The notes under the pieces: model-generated
Seen by the model: only the letters and a program-made list of their open reading frames with translations
Told to the model about the DNA's origin: nothing
Databases searched by the model: none
Program-made: the position numbers and the translations under genes
From: Nitrosopumilaceae archaeon
Lineage (GTDB): Archaea > Thermoproteota > Nitrososphaeria > Nitrososphaerales > Nitrosopumilaceae
Assembly (NCBI GenBank): GCA_965203465.1
Contig: CBDBCR010000003.1
Location: 576,001 to 640,000 of the forward strand
Direction of reading: 5' to 3'
DNA: 64,000 bases
In this document: positions 49,822-58,932 of the stretch, in pieces
How the letters are laid out: every line of letters begins with the position of its first letter
How positions within the stretch are numbered: the first letter of the stretch is position 1

Positions 49822-50388
49822 TTGGCCAAGGAGATGAAATCTGCAGAACGGGATCCGCCCAAGACCGCACAGGCGATGCGCGCCAGCACGCAAGGAGGCA
49901 CTCTGCGGAAACACGGAAAGGCCGCAACGGCTCCCGGAGCTTTGCGAAAAGCCCCCAGCAAACGCGCGCCGCGGACTCTGGCCGCCTCAGACAGGATGCG
50001 GGCGTTGGAGGAGAGAATGGCCCGCCAAGAGCAGGCCGTTGAAGATTTGCAGCTTCGGCTTAACGCCGGATCCCTGTAGGATCGTCTGGGCGAGATCGTA
50101 GAAGGCATGAAAAACGCGTTTGAAAAACTGGAGCACGTGATCCAAGTCCGTTACGCCGTCTTGCAGGACGGAACCTTTCACGTAGTCGTGATTCACGTCC
50201 TGGACGACATGGGCTCGGCGTTGCGGACGGTCTGCAAGAAATCCATAGAGAACGAGGGCGCATTTCCGGACGTAGAGATTGAGCCTTTGGTGCTGCATAA
50301 AGACGAAGTGCTCGACGAGCATCTCGCAGGCACCAGGCCGGTGTTTTCAAAGACGGAGCAACGGATCAAAAATGAGCTGGCGCACTAG
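49822..50388 (+). pseudogene. Putative antitoxin (degenerate MNT-like), split by one in-frame TAG at 50077-50079
   Basis: ORFs 49822-50079 and 50107-50388 are in the same frame with a single stop between them; alpha/beta pattern; overlaps the HEPN gene. The downstream part may be an independent gene. Confidence 0.45.
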
Positions 50389-50716
50389 GCAGAGCTGGCA
50401 CAACCGCGATGCCCAACGTTACCTCTCAGGGTCTGTGCAGTACGTCGACTGGGAAATCATCGCTCTGTTCTATTCGGTCATTCACGTGATGGACGAGTAC
50501 TTGTCATCCACGGCTGACAAGGCCCCGCGCAACCACCGAGAGCGCAGAGATTTAGTCAAGCTCAAACTCCGGCACATATATGAGGACTATCGCGATCTTT
50601 ATGCACTTGGCAGAAGGGCAAGATGCGTCATACCGTTTGACTCCGTACGTGAAAAGGACAGACAGGTGGCCATCCGCCTGCACGACTCTATACTCGCCAA
50701 CATACGGTCCCCGTAG
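50372..50716 (+). CDS. HEPN-domain protein
   Basis: HN...YVDWEIIALFYSVIH...PRNH...LYALGRRARC matches the HEPN pattern W...FYS.H...H...R.ARY; AT-richer than the flanks. Confidence 0.7.
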   Translation: MSWRTRQSWHNRDAQRYLSGSVQYVDWEIIALFYSVIHVMDEYLSSTADKAPRNHRERRDLVKLKLRHIYEDYRDLYALGRRARCVIPFDSVREKDRQVAIRLHDSILANIRSP

Positions 50717-50891
50717 CCGCCTGCCCCCGTCCCGCCACATACGGGGCGATCCGGAAAGGCATAGATCGAGCCTAGCGCGCTCGTGCCTAAGATCCGCGCG
50801 CGGAGCGCGCGGCCTGGGTCTGTTTTTCTGGCCCTTTTGTCAGATCTTTTTGTCCTGAAAATTATATAACGAGACCGGCGAGGGGGCTACC

Positions 50892-52013
50892 GTGGAAAGG
50901 CCCCAGGTCTCGATAATACTGCCCACCTACAACGAGTCGATGAACATACTCGGCACGCTGCGCTCCATCGCGGAATCGGTGCCCAAGCGCCTCTCGTTCG
51001 AGACCATAGTGGTAGACGACAACTCGCCGGACGGCACCGCCGGCATCGTCGAAGAGTACGCCGCTGCCGTGCGCGAGCTGGCAGTCAGCGTGGTGCGCCG
51101 CAGCGCAAAGGGCGGCCTGTCCTCGGCCATACTCGCCGGGGTGCAGCGCGCCGCCGGCGAGACGATAGTGGTGATGGACAGCGACATGTCGCACCCGGCC
51201 TCGGTGATACCGAGGCTGCTCGAGGCGCTAAAGTCGCGCTGCGACATAGCCGTGGCCTCGCGCTATTCGCGCGGCGGCGCGGTCTCGGGCTGGAACTCGA
51301 GGCGCCGCCTGATGAGCAGGGTGGCCACCAAGATAGCCCGCTCCGGCCTGCGCGTCGACGTTCAGGATCCGATGTCGGGTTTCTTTGCGTTCCGGCGCCG
51401 CGTCATAGACGACCTAAAGTTCGAGGCCATCGGCTACAAGATGCTCCTAGAAGTCCTCGTAAAGGCGCGCGGCGCGCGCGTCGCGGAGATCCCCTACACG
51501 TTCACCGACAGGGCGCGCGGCTCGAGCAAGCTGGGCGCCTCGACGGTGCTCGACTACGCGCGGCTGGTCTGGCGCCTGTACCGCGGCGGGGCGCGCGGCG
51601 GCGCGCGCCGCTCGGCCGCGTTCCTCTCCAAGGCGGCCCGCTTCTTCACGGTCGGCGCCTCGGGCCTGGCGGTCAACTACGCCGTCTCCCTGCTGCTGGC
51701 CGGCGCCGGCGCGTGGTACGTGCACGCCAACCTTGCCGGCATACTGGTTTCCGTGAGCACCAACTTTACGCTCAACAAGTACTGGACGTTCGGGGACCGC
51801 GACTTTTCCGCGCGCCGCGCCGCCTGGCAGTACGCAAAGTTCGTCGCGTTCAGCTCTTTCGGCGCCGCCGCGCAGCTGGGCATGGTCTTCGGGCTGGTGG
51901 ACGGCGGCCACATGGGGTACCCCGCCGCGCTCGTGCTCTCGGTGGGCGCCTCGGCGATGGCCAACTACGTTCTGAACAAGAGGCTGACGTTCGGCGAGCG
52001 CGTCTGGGGCTAG
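50892..52013 (+). CDS. Dolichol-phosphate mannosyltransferase-like GT2 fused to a GtrA domain
   Basis: SIILPTYNE, VVDDNSPDGT, MDSDMSH, DPMSGFF; C-terminal GtrA (NFTLNKYWTF). Confidence 0.9.
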   Translation: MERPQVSIILPTYNESMNILGTLRSIAESVPKRLSFETIVVDDNSPDGTAGIVEEYAAAVRELAVSVVRRSAKGGLSSAILAGVQRAAGETIVVMDSDMSHPASVIPRLLEALKSRCDIAVASRYSRGGAVSGWNSRRRLMSRVATKIARSGLRVDVQDPMSGFFAFRRRVIDDLKFEAIGYKMLLEVLVKARGARVAEIPYTFTDRARGSSKLGASTVLDYARLVWRLYRGGARGGARRSAAFLSKAARFFTVGASGLAVNYAVSLLLAGAGAWYVHANLAGILVSVSTNFTLNKYWTFGDRDFSARRAAWQYAKFVAFSSFGAAAQLGMVFGLVDGGHMGYPAALVLSVGASAMANYVLNKRLTFGERVWG

Positions 52014-52768
52014 CTCCCCATCCGCCTCGCGATGATGAACGGCGTGGCCAGCAGGACCGGTATCGAGACTGCTATCAGGACGGTCTGGAGTTGCGCCAGC
52101 GCGGCCGCTGCCAGTATGCCGCCGGTGGTCCCCGCGAAGAACGACAGGAAAGTGCCGGCGCACGTGGGGCAGGCGATGAACAGGCCGGTGGCGGCCCCCA
52201 CGGTCCCGCGCGCGGCCGAGATGGCCCCGACTGCCAGCGCCATGTTGAGGCCCACCAGGTACGAGACTGCCAGCTGCAGCACCAGGTTTACCGGCACCAC
52301 CTGCAGCCCGACGTTGTCCGTAATGTACGCGATGGCCGTCGGCATGTAGCCAGGCCTGTCGCAGCAGGGGGCCACGAAGGCCGACGGGATCTCGGCCCCG
52401 TAGTGGTACGAAAACGAGATCTCCGGCTGGTAGACCAGCGTGCCCGACGAGAGCGAAAACAGCACCCCGTACACGGCGAACGTGGCGGCGAATATGCGCC
52501 TGCTCCGGCCGTTCCACGTGGCGCGCGCTATGGTCCCCAGCAGGCCCGGCGGGCCGAGCGCCCTGGCGCGGTGGTACCGGTACAGGCCGCAGGCGACGGC
52601 GCCCAGCGATACTGCCAGCACCACGTAGAACATGTACGCCATGCGGACCAGCGGGCCGGCCGCGTCGGGCGTGAACAGAGCCGGATCCTGGTACCTGGCG
52701 TACAGCACGAAGAGCGAGGCTATGGCCGCGGCCCCCGCGGCGGACAGCCCGAGGCCCGGCGGCAGCAT
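52010..52768 (-). CDS. Multi-pass membrane protein with CC and CPTC motifs
   Basis: Hydrophobic helices; APCC and IACPTCAG. Confidence 0.75.
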   Translation of the reverse strand: MLPPGLGLSAAGAAAIASLFVLYARYQDPALFTPDAAGPLVRMAYMFYVVLAVSLGAVACGLYRYHRARALGPPGLLGTIARATWNGRSRRIFAATFAVYGVLFSLSSGTLVYQPEISFSYHYGAEIPSAFVAPCCDRPGYMPTAIAYITDNVGLQVVPVNLVLQLAVSYLVGLNMALAVGAISAARGTVGAATGLFIACPTCAGTFLSFFAGTTGGILAAAALAQLQTVLIAVSIPVLLATPFIIARRMGS

Positions 52769-52802
52769 CGGTCCGGGCGGGCGGCGCGCCGAATTAATGT
52801 AT

Positions 52803-54623
52803 TCACGTGCTCAGTTTTGGCACGAAGATGTACACCAGCGCGATTATCTCCAGGCGCCCTATTATCATCACGAAGGCCAGCGCCACCTTGGTGGCCGGAT
52901 CCGTCTCGGGCGTGATGATGCCGGCAGACAGCCCGCCGGTGGTTATCACGCCGACTGCCTCGAACAGCGAATCCTGCAGCGTGGCGTCGTGCGTGGCCGA
53001 CAGGTGGGCCGCCGTCACCAGCGCTATGCACGGAAACGAGGCCAGTATTATTATCGTGGTGGCCGCCTCCTTGCGCCCCTGCGCGTCGACGAGCCTGCGG
53101 GTGCGCGCGCCGACGGACCTGGCCGCGTCGCGCAGGTGGAAGAACCGGTAGATCTTGATGCCGCCGGCAGTCGAGAACCCGCAGCCGCCTATCACCATGA
53201 GCACCATCAGCACAGAGTGCGCCCACCCGTTGAGGCCGCCGAGCGTGCCAAGCTGCAGGCCGGCCGTCGTGCTAGCCGAGACGGGGTAAAAGGCAGAGAG
53301 CACCGGATCAAAGTCGGTCAGCGCCGAGAACAGCGCCACGCCGGCGCCGAGCACCCCAAAGTACACCAGCACCTCCTTGCCCAGCTTTGGCGAGACGAAC
53401 TTTTTGCGCACGAACCCGTAGTGGAAGGTGAACGGCAGGGCGCCGAGTATCATGGCGGCCATCAGCACCAGGTGCTCCTGCCAGACCAGGTCCTGCAGTA
53501 TGGTGGAGCTCGGAAGGAAGCCGCCGGTGGCCAGCGTGCTCATGGCCAGCGATATGTTGTCTATGATGTTGCGCGAGCCGAACAGGTACAGCAGCGCGGC
53601 CACGATGGCGATGTAGAGCGTGAATATGACCGTGATGGTGCCGAACAGCTCGCGCATGTGCAGCGTCCTGCCCGAGATGAACCCGCGCATGGACTTTAGC
53701 TTGCTCTCCGGGTAAAAGGCGGTCATCACCAGGTATATGAAACTCATGCCGCCGACGAGCTGCGTGAAACTGCGGTAGAACGTAAAGCTCTGCGGCAGCT
53801 GCTCCGGCTCGGGGTACAGCGATATGCCCCCCGTGGTAAAGCCGGCGGCGCTGGAAAAAAAGCTGCTCGCGAACGACTCCACGCTGGTCTCGCCCGAGAT
53901 GTGGGCCACGTACAGGTACGGTATGGTCCCGAACAGCGTCAGTATGAAGAGGCTGGCGAAGACCAGGATCGAGGCCTGCCTCATGTCCAGGCTGGCCTTT
54001 TCGCCGTACGAATTCAGGAAGAACCCGGTGACCAGCAGCAGCACGGTCGTCGAGTATATGCCGGTGGCGGTCTGCGGATCGTTGAGCACTATGGTGGCCA
54101 CTATGGCGGGGACCAGCAGCAGCACCCCGGCGAACTGCAGCACGAACCCCAGGTTGCCCAGCACGGCCTTGACCGGCGGGCTGAGCAGGCGCGGCGGCAC
54201 CGCGTTTGCCTCGCGCACGGCGGAGGCTATGCGCGCCTGCCGTATGATGCCTATTATCCCGCTCTCCTTGGAGACCACCAAGAGCTTGCGTATGCCGTGC
54301 CTGTGCATCACCTCGAGGGCCTCGCGCAGGCTGGCCTTGTCGTGTATGGTGACGAGCTCGGAGCTCATCAAGTCCCCTATCCGGGTGTGCTCGGCGGTCA
54401 CGCTCGTGTCGCCCACCTTGTCGAGTATGTCGTGGTCGGTGACTATGCCCACCGGCGTGCCCCCGTCGGTGACCACGATGTCGTCGCGCTGCGTCTGCTG
54501 GAGGCGGCTGGCCGCCTCGCTGGTGGGCGTGGCGCGGTCCATCGTGACCAGTTCTCGGTCCATGTAGCGCGAGACCGGCCTGGACAGGACGTACTGCACT
54601 GACTTTGCCTGGCCGGCGGACAC
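52803..54623 (-). CDS. trkH: TrkH-type K+ uptake membrane protein with an N-terminal CBS pair
   Basis: GIVTDHD CBS motif; pore loops FTTGG, LATGG, TTAG, ITTGG; STAGGIK; IGRLEI. Confidence 0.9.
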   Translation of the reverse strand: MSAGQAKSVQYVLSRPVSRYMDRELVTMDRATPTSEAASRLQQTQRDDIVVTDGGTPVGIVTDHDILDKVGDTSVTAEHTRIGDLMSSELVTIHDKASLREALEVMHRHGIRKLLVVSKESGIIGIIRQARIASAVREANAVPPRLLSPPVKAVLGNLGFVLQFAGVLLLVPAIVATIVLNDPQTATGIYSTTVLLLVTGFFLNSYGEKASLDMRQASILVFASLFILTLFGTIPYLYVAHISGETSVESFASSFFSSAAGFTTGGISLYPEPEQLPQSFTFYRSFTQLVGGMSFIYLVMTAFYPESKLKSMRGFISGRTLHMRELFGTITVIFTLYIAIVAALLYLFGSRNIIDNISLAMSTLATGGFLPSSTILQDLVWQEHLVLMAAMILGALPFTFHYGFVRKKFVSPKLGKEVLVYFGVLGAGVALFSALTDFDPVLSAFYPVSASTTAGLQLGTLGGLNGWAHSVLMVLMVIGGCGFSTAGGIKIYRFFHLRDAARSVGARTRRLVDAQGRKEAATTIIILASFPCIALVTAAHLSATHDATLQDSLFEAVGVITTGGLSAGIITPETDPATKVALAFVMIIGRLEIIALVYIFVPKLST

Positions 54624-54697
54624 GCGGGCCGAGGCCGCTCCTCTCTTTAAATAACCTTGGCGGGCCGTTTAATAATGCAGGCATCGCCCGCCCGCGC

Positions 54698-55120
54698 GTG
54701 GAGATAGACCAGCCCCCCGAGCCCGGCTACGACTGCGTCAGCGTCGGCCAGATAGGCGTGCTGGGGCCCGAGGCAGTCGAGGGCGTGCTGGTGCTGCGCT
54801 CCGAATCTGGCCTGGAGTTCCCCATGGCCAGCTTTTCGGCCGAGGTGGCGGCGCAGATAGCCGAATCCATGGAGGGCAGGCAGCCGGGGCAGCCCTCGGC
54901 GTACGGCATGATAGAGGAGCTGTGCGACAACAACGAGCAGTTCCTCGTAAAGGTCAAGATATACCAGAGCGGCGAGGCCATGCGGGCCAGCCTCTACTTC
55001 GCGGGCCGCCGCGAGCTGGTCCTGCGCAACCACCGCGCCTCGGACGCCATCGCCCTGGCGATGCGCTGCGGCGCCCCCATCCTGATGCGCGAGGACCTGC
55101 TGCGCGGCATCGAGCCCTAG
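54698..55120 (+). CDS. Bifunctional nuclease (DUF151) family
   Basis: RASDAIALAMRCGAPI motif. Confidence 0.82.
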   Translation: MEIDQPPEPGYDCVSVGQIGVLGPEAVEGVLVLRSESGLEFPMASFSAEVAAQIAESMEGRQPGQPSAYGMIEELCDNNEQFLVKVKIYQSGEAMRASLYFAGRRELVLRNHRASDAIALAMRCGAPILMREDLLRGIEP

Positions 55121-56199
55121 GTGACCAGCTCGGCCAGCCTCTCCTGCCGCAGAGCCTCGGATATTTCCATGGCCAGGCGCCTGCCCACGCCGAACGTCGA
55201 GCCGTACTGGTACTTTGTGTAGGGGCTCGTCGTCGCCAGTATGGGGTTGCCCGGCACCCGGAGCGAGACGTCGTACACGACTATGTCCATGTCCGTGGTG
55301 ATGATGCCCTGCAGCGAAAAGGGCCCTATTATCCCCGGCGGGTACTCTTTTCTGCAGGCCGCCGAGAACCGCTCGCCCATCGACATTATCTGCTCGAGGA
55401 ACGATTCCCTGACGCTGGCCGGCGTGTGGCCGACCTCGATGTTCTGAAGCTCCACGTCAAGTTCCAGCTGCTCCCTCGCCGGCATCGCCGCGTACCCCGA
55501 GACGTTGGTCTGAAGGCGCCTCTCTATTCCCATAAAGTCGCACTGGCCGGTCAGCGGCGATGCGAAAAAGTTGAAGTTCATGTGCGCGCCTATCACGAAC
55601 TCCTCCACCGTGGCAGAGGCCAGCGCGGCGCGCGAGACCAGGCCCGAGCGCACGCGCTTTTCGCACTTTTCGAGGTAGTCCTTTTCCGAAGAGGCCGTGA
55701 AGAAGGCGCGCTCCAGCCTGCGCTTCTTCTCCTGCACCTTTACTATCACGGGCCCGCGCACGGAGCGCACTATCCGGGGGTGCCGTATGCGGGCCCTGCG
55801 CAGCAGGTGGTACTGGTCGCGCGGCCCGCCCCTCTCTTCTGCCCTCAGCAGCGAGCGGTTGCCCAGCAGCGGCACGCGCAGGCGATCCTCGACCCCGCCG
55901 TAGCCCAGGTACGCGGTAAGGGCGCGGTGCGGCACCAGCAGCGTCTGCGTGCGGAGCAGCATCTTTTGGAAGCGCGCGCCGAGCATCGCCGAAAACTTGC
56001 CGAGCACCTCGACCTCGTCGGCCAGCCTAGAGTACCGCAGGTACGGGCCCTCCCTCCCGCGCTGGCAGACCACGAGCGTCTCGAGCCCCTCGTCCTTGGC
56101 CCCGTCCATGATCTCGAGGGCCGAGTGGCTCCCGAGCACGCCCACGCGCGGCGAGCCGTACGATCCGGCGATCTCTTGCATCCGTTCGCGCCGTATCAC
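55117..56199 (-). CDS. purP: PurP-family ATP-grasp (FAICAR synthetase-like)
   Basis: GSHSALEIMDGAKDEG, RRLQTN, IGPFSLQ, DVSLRVPG, GRRLAMEI. Confidence 0.9.
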   Translation of the reverse strand: MIRRERMQEIAGSYGSPRVGVLGSHSALEIMDGAKDEGLETLVVCQRGREGPYLRYSRLADEVEVLGKFSAMLGARFQKMLLRTQTLLVPHRALTAYLGYGGVEDRLRVPLLGNRSLLRAEERGGPRDQYHLLRRARIRHPRIVRSVRGPVIVKVQEKKRRLERAFFTASSEKDYLEKCEKRVRSGLVSRAALASATVEEFVIGAHMNFNFFASPLTGQCDFMGIERRLQTNVSGYAAMPAREQLELDVELQNIEVGHTPASVRESFLEQIMSMGERFSAACRKEYPPGIIGPFSLQGIITTDMDIVVYDVSLRVPGNPILATTSPYTKYQYGSTFGVGRRLAMEISEALRQERLAELVT

Positions 56200-56252
56200 G
56201 GCGCGCGCGCCCCCCGGCGGGTATAAATCCGTGGCGGGCCCGCCCCCCGCGC

Positions 56253-56390
56253 GTGGCGTTCAGTTTCGAGATGGTCATGGCCGGCGCCATACTGCTCTCG
56301 GCGATGGCCGTCGGCGGCATAGCCGTGCTGCGTCGTGCCAAGAGCGGCCAGCCAACAGATAAAAGCGCCGGCGCCCCGACAGAGCCGTGA
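56253..56390 (+). CDS. 45-aa single-TM small protein
   Basis: MAFSFEMVMAGAILLSAMAVGGIAVLRRAKSG...; TATAAA about 25 nt upstream; stop overlaps the ubiX start (GTGA). Confidence 0.65.
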   Translation: MAFSFEMVMAGAILLSAMAVGGIAVLRRAKSGQPTDKSAGAPTEP

Positions 56391-56941
56391 AGATCATAGT
56401 CGCCATGACCGGCAGCACGGGCGCCATCTACGGCATACGGATGCTCGAGGTTCTCAAGGACATGGGCGTCGAGACGCACTTGGTCATGAGCGAGTGGGCC
56501 TCCAAGTGCATACTGATGGAGACGCAGCACAGCATCGACACCGTAAAGTCCATGGCCACGCACGTCTACGACGTCTCCAACATGGCCGCGTCCATCTCGA
56601 GCGGCACGTTCCGCATCGACGGGATGGCCGTGGCCCCGTGCAGCATGAAGACGCTCTCTAGCATAGCGAGCGGCTACGACGAGAACCTCGTGTCGCGCGC
56701 GGCAGGCGTCGCGCTCAAGGAGGGCCGCAGGCTCGTGCTGATGGCGCGCGAGACGCCGCTGTCGGCCATACACCTGGAGAACATGCTCAAACTCGCGAGG
56801 CTGGGGGCCGTCATGCTGCCGCCGGTCACCGAGTTTTACACGAAGCCCGAGACCGTCGGCGACATCATCGACCACGGCGTCGGCAAGTGCCTGGATCAGT
56901 TCGGCCTGGACCACGGGCTGTACCGCCGGTGGGGAACATGA
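56387..56941 (+). CDS. ubiX: Flavin prenyltransferase
   Basis: IIVAMTGSTG, ISSG, APCSMKTL, LKEGR, RETPL. Confidence 0.95.
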   Translation: MKIIVAMTGSTGAIYGIRMLEVLKDMGVETHLVMSEWASKCILMETQHSIDTVKSMATHVYDVSNMAASISSGTFRIDGMAVAPCSMKTLSSIASGYDENLVSRAAGVALKEGRRLVLMARETPLSAIHLENMLKLARLGAVMLPPVTEFYTKPETVGDIIDHGVGKCLDQFGLDHGLYRRWGT

Positions 56942-56945
56942 CGGC

Positions 56946-57386
56946 TTGGCCCGCCTCGAGTGCTCTGTGCTGATCCGCGCCCCGCCGGAGCCGGTCTTCG
57001 AGCTTGCCACCGACTACGAGGCGTTCGCCGAGCTGATGCCCCGCCGCTTCGTAGAGGTGAGGGTAAGATCACGCCGCGGCCCGGTGGCCGTCGTCGAGGA
57101 GCGCGTCAGGATGGGCGGGCGCACGCTGCACATGCTCACGCGCCACGAGGCCTCGGGCATGACGCACTCGGCCTCTGTGCTAGGCGGCCCCGCGCGCGGC
57201 AGCGTCTTCGTCGAAAAGTATTCGGGGGCCGAGGGCGGCACGCTGATGAGCCTCGATGCGAGCGTGCGCCTGCGAGGCGCCTGGGCGCTGGCAGCCCCGT
57301 TCGCCGGCGGCCGGATACGCCGCGAGATAGAGAGCGCCGCGAGGGAGTTCGCCGAGGCCGCCGAGGCCCGGCTCTGCCGGTCTTGA
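56946..57386 (+). CDS. SRPBCC/START-fold protein
   Basis: IRAPPEPVFELATDYEAFAELMP N-terminal motif. Confidence 0.8.
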   Translation: MARLECSVLIRAPPEPVFELATDYEAFAELMPRRFVEVRVRSRRGPVAVVEERVRMGGRTLHMLTRHEASGMTHSASVLGGPARGSVFVEKYSGAEGGTLMSLDASVRLRGAWALAAPFAGGRIRREIESAAREFAEAAEARLCRS

Positions 57387-57407
57387 ACTTTTCAGATCTT
57401 TGCTCGG

Positions 57408-57626
57408 TCAGTCGGGCCGAGTTTGGCCGGCGCCGCCGTCGTTGTCCTTGAATTTTTTGAGCTCTTTTTCGCCCTCCAGCTTGCCCTGCTCGTACTCGCC
57501 GCGGGCCTTGCCGAATGTCTTTGCGAGCTCTGGTATCTTTTTGGCGCCAAAGATGAATATGACCGCCACGATGATGACGATTATCCACTCCTGCCCCTGG
57601 ATGAACCCGGCCAAGCCCCCTAGCAT
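57408..57626 (-). CDS. tatA: Twin-arginine translocase TatA
   Basis: EWIIVII...IFGAKKIPELAKTFGKA. Confidence 0.93.
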   Translation of the reverse strand: MLGGLAGFIQGQEWIIVIIVAVIFIFGAKKIPELAKTFGKARGEYEQGKLEGEKELKKFKDNDGGAGQTRPD

Positions 57627-57718
57627 GCCCCGGGTGCGGGGCGCCGGATTTTTAAGTGTTTGAAAGCGCGGCCCCGATCCGCGGCGCCCGGGTTCGCGCC
57701 CACATGATTTGCAAAGCC

Positions 57719-57800
57719 CGCCAGGTAAGGGATTCGAACCCCTGAGCGCTTGCGCGCAGCCGCTCTCGAGGCGGCCGCCGTACCACTTGGCTAACCTGGC
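57719..57800 (-). tRNA. tRNA-Ser(CGA)
   Basis: GCCAGGT/ACCTGGC acceptor, GCCGC-CTCGAGA-GCGGC anticodon arm, long variable arm, GTTCGAATC. Confidence 0.93.
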
Positions 57801-57843
57801 GGAGGGGGCACGGCCGGCGCCCTTTATATAGCAAGCCGGAAGC

Positions 57844-58191
57844 TCACGCGGATCCGAACATCGATTCGAGCAGATCCATAGTCTGCGAAAAGCGCTCCTT
57901 GCTCTGCTCGAGCGCCGCCTGCGGGTATTCGGGTATGGGGTAGACGCGCTGCGCCCCGAACTCGGGCACCAGCACGCCCCCGGAGGTGACCTGCTGCTCC
58001 ACGACGTGCCCCTCGGCGACGGTGCAGACTATCTCCTCGTGCGAATCGTCCTGCTCCTCGACCGTCTGCCGGTACAGCACCACGGGCCTGCCCGTCTTGG
58101 ATACCGCCTCGGAGGCCGAGCGCAGCAGCTCCTCCATCCTCCCCAGCTGCCAAGAGTCGAGCGGCACCTGCCGCTTTCTTGCCCCGCGCAT
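57844..58191 (-). CDS. Hypothetical protein
   Basis: Starts immediately after the dps stop; typical codon usage. Confidence 0.7.
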   Translation of the reverse strand: MRGARKRQVPLDSWQLGRMEELLRSASEAVSKTGRPVVLYRQTVEEQDDSHEEIVCTVAEGHVVEQQVTSGGVLVPEFGAQRVYPIPEYPQAALEQSKERFSQTMDLLESMFGSA

Positions 58192-58767
58192 CTACACGTC
58201 GAGGGCGCGCGAGTGCCTGCGGGTGTGCGGGCGCTCGCCCGAGTACTTGCGCCGCATGTGGCCCGAGGGCCGCCCGTAGAGCAGCTCCAAAAACCACGAT
58301 TCGTGCTCGACCTCTTCGGCCAGTATGTCCTTGGCTATGTCGTAGGTCACCGGATCCTTGCCCAGCGTCATCTTGCATATCTTGTCCCAGTTGACGATGG
58401 CGCCCTGCTCGGCCTTTAGGCACTTTTGCAGTATCGCCTTGAGATCCGTCGGCTTTGCGGGAAGCTGGAGGAACTCGCACCCGGACATCCTTATGAACTC
58501 GGTGGCGTCCTTGGGCAGCGCCCCGCCCAGCTGGTGTATCCTCTCGATGCACGATTCAAAGTGGCTCAAGTCCTCCAGGCGCGCGTCCTCGATTATGCCC
58601 TTTACGCCCTCGCCCTCCATGCCGGTGCAGTGGGTGCGCAGGTTGGTGAAGTAGTAGTAGGCCGTGAACTCGACGGCCGCGTTGGTCACCAGCTCCTTTA
58701 CCAGCTTTGGCACGTCGACGCCGTTCTTTTCGAGGACCGCGACCCCGACGACCTTGGGCTTTGCCAC
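58192..58767 (-). CDS. Ferritin-like DPS-like (DpsL) protein
   Basis: EFTAYYY, EDLSH, SGC, EEVEHE, GRPSGH. Confidence 0.9.
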   Translation of the reverse strand: MAKPKVVGVAVLEKNGVDVPKLVKELVTNAAVEFTAYYYFTNLRTHCTGMEGEGVKGIIEDARLEDLSHFESCIERIHQLGGALPKDATEFIRMSGCEFLQLPAKPTDLKAILQKCLKAEQGAIVNWDKICKMTLGKDPVTYDIAKDILAEEVEHESWFLELLYGRPSGHMRRKYSGERPHTRRHSRALDV

Positions 58768-58932
58768 GCGCGGCCCGCGCGGCCAGACATTATAAGTTGT
58801 GTGCAGGGTTCCCGGATCGTGCTATCGTGTCCCCCGGCCCTGACTCGCGCAGTATCACGGGCACAGTAGCCATAGGCCTCCCTGGGCTCTCTGGCCGGGG
58901 CCGCCCATGTGCCGCGCGTGGGTGACCGGGAG

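Noticed and set aside
26176-50079. Amber (TAG) recoding suggested by two in-frame TAGs (26176 and 50077)
   Set aside because: TAG is the genuine stop for rpoH, rpoA and rps7, and no pyl genes are seen.
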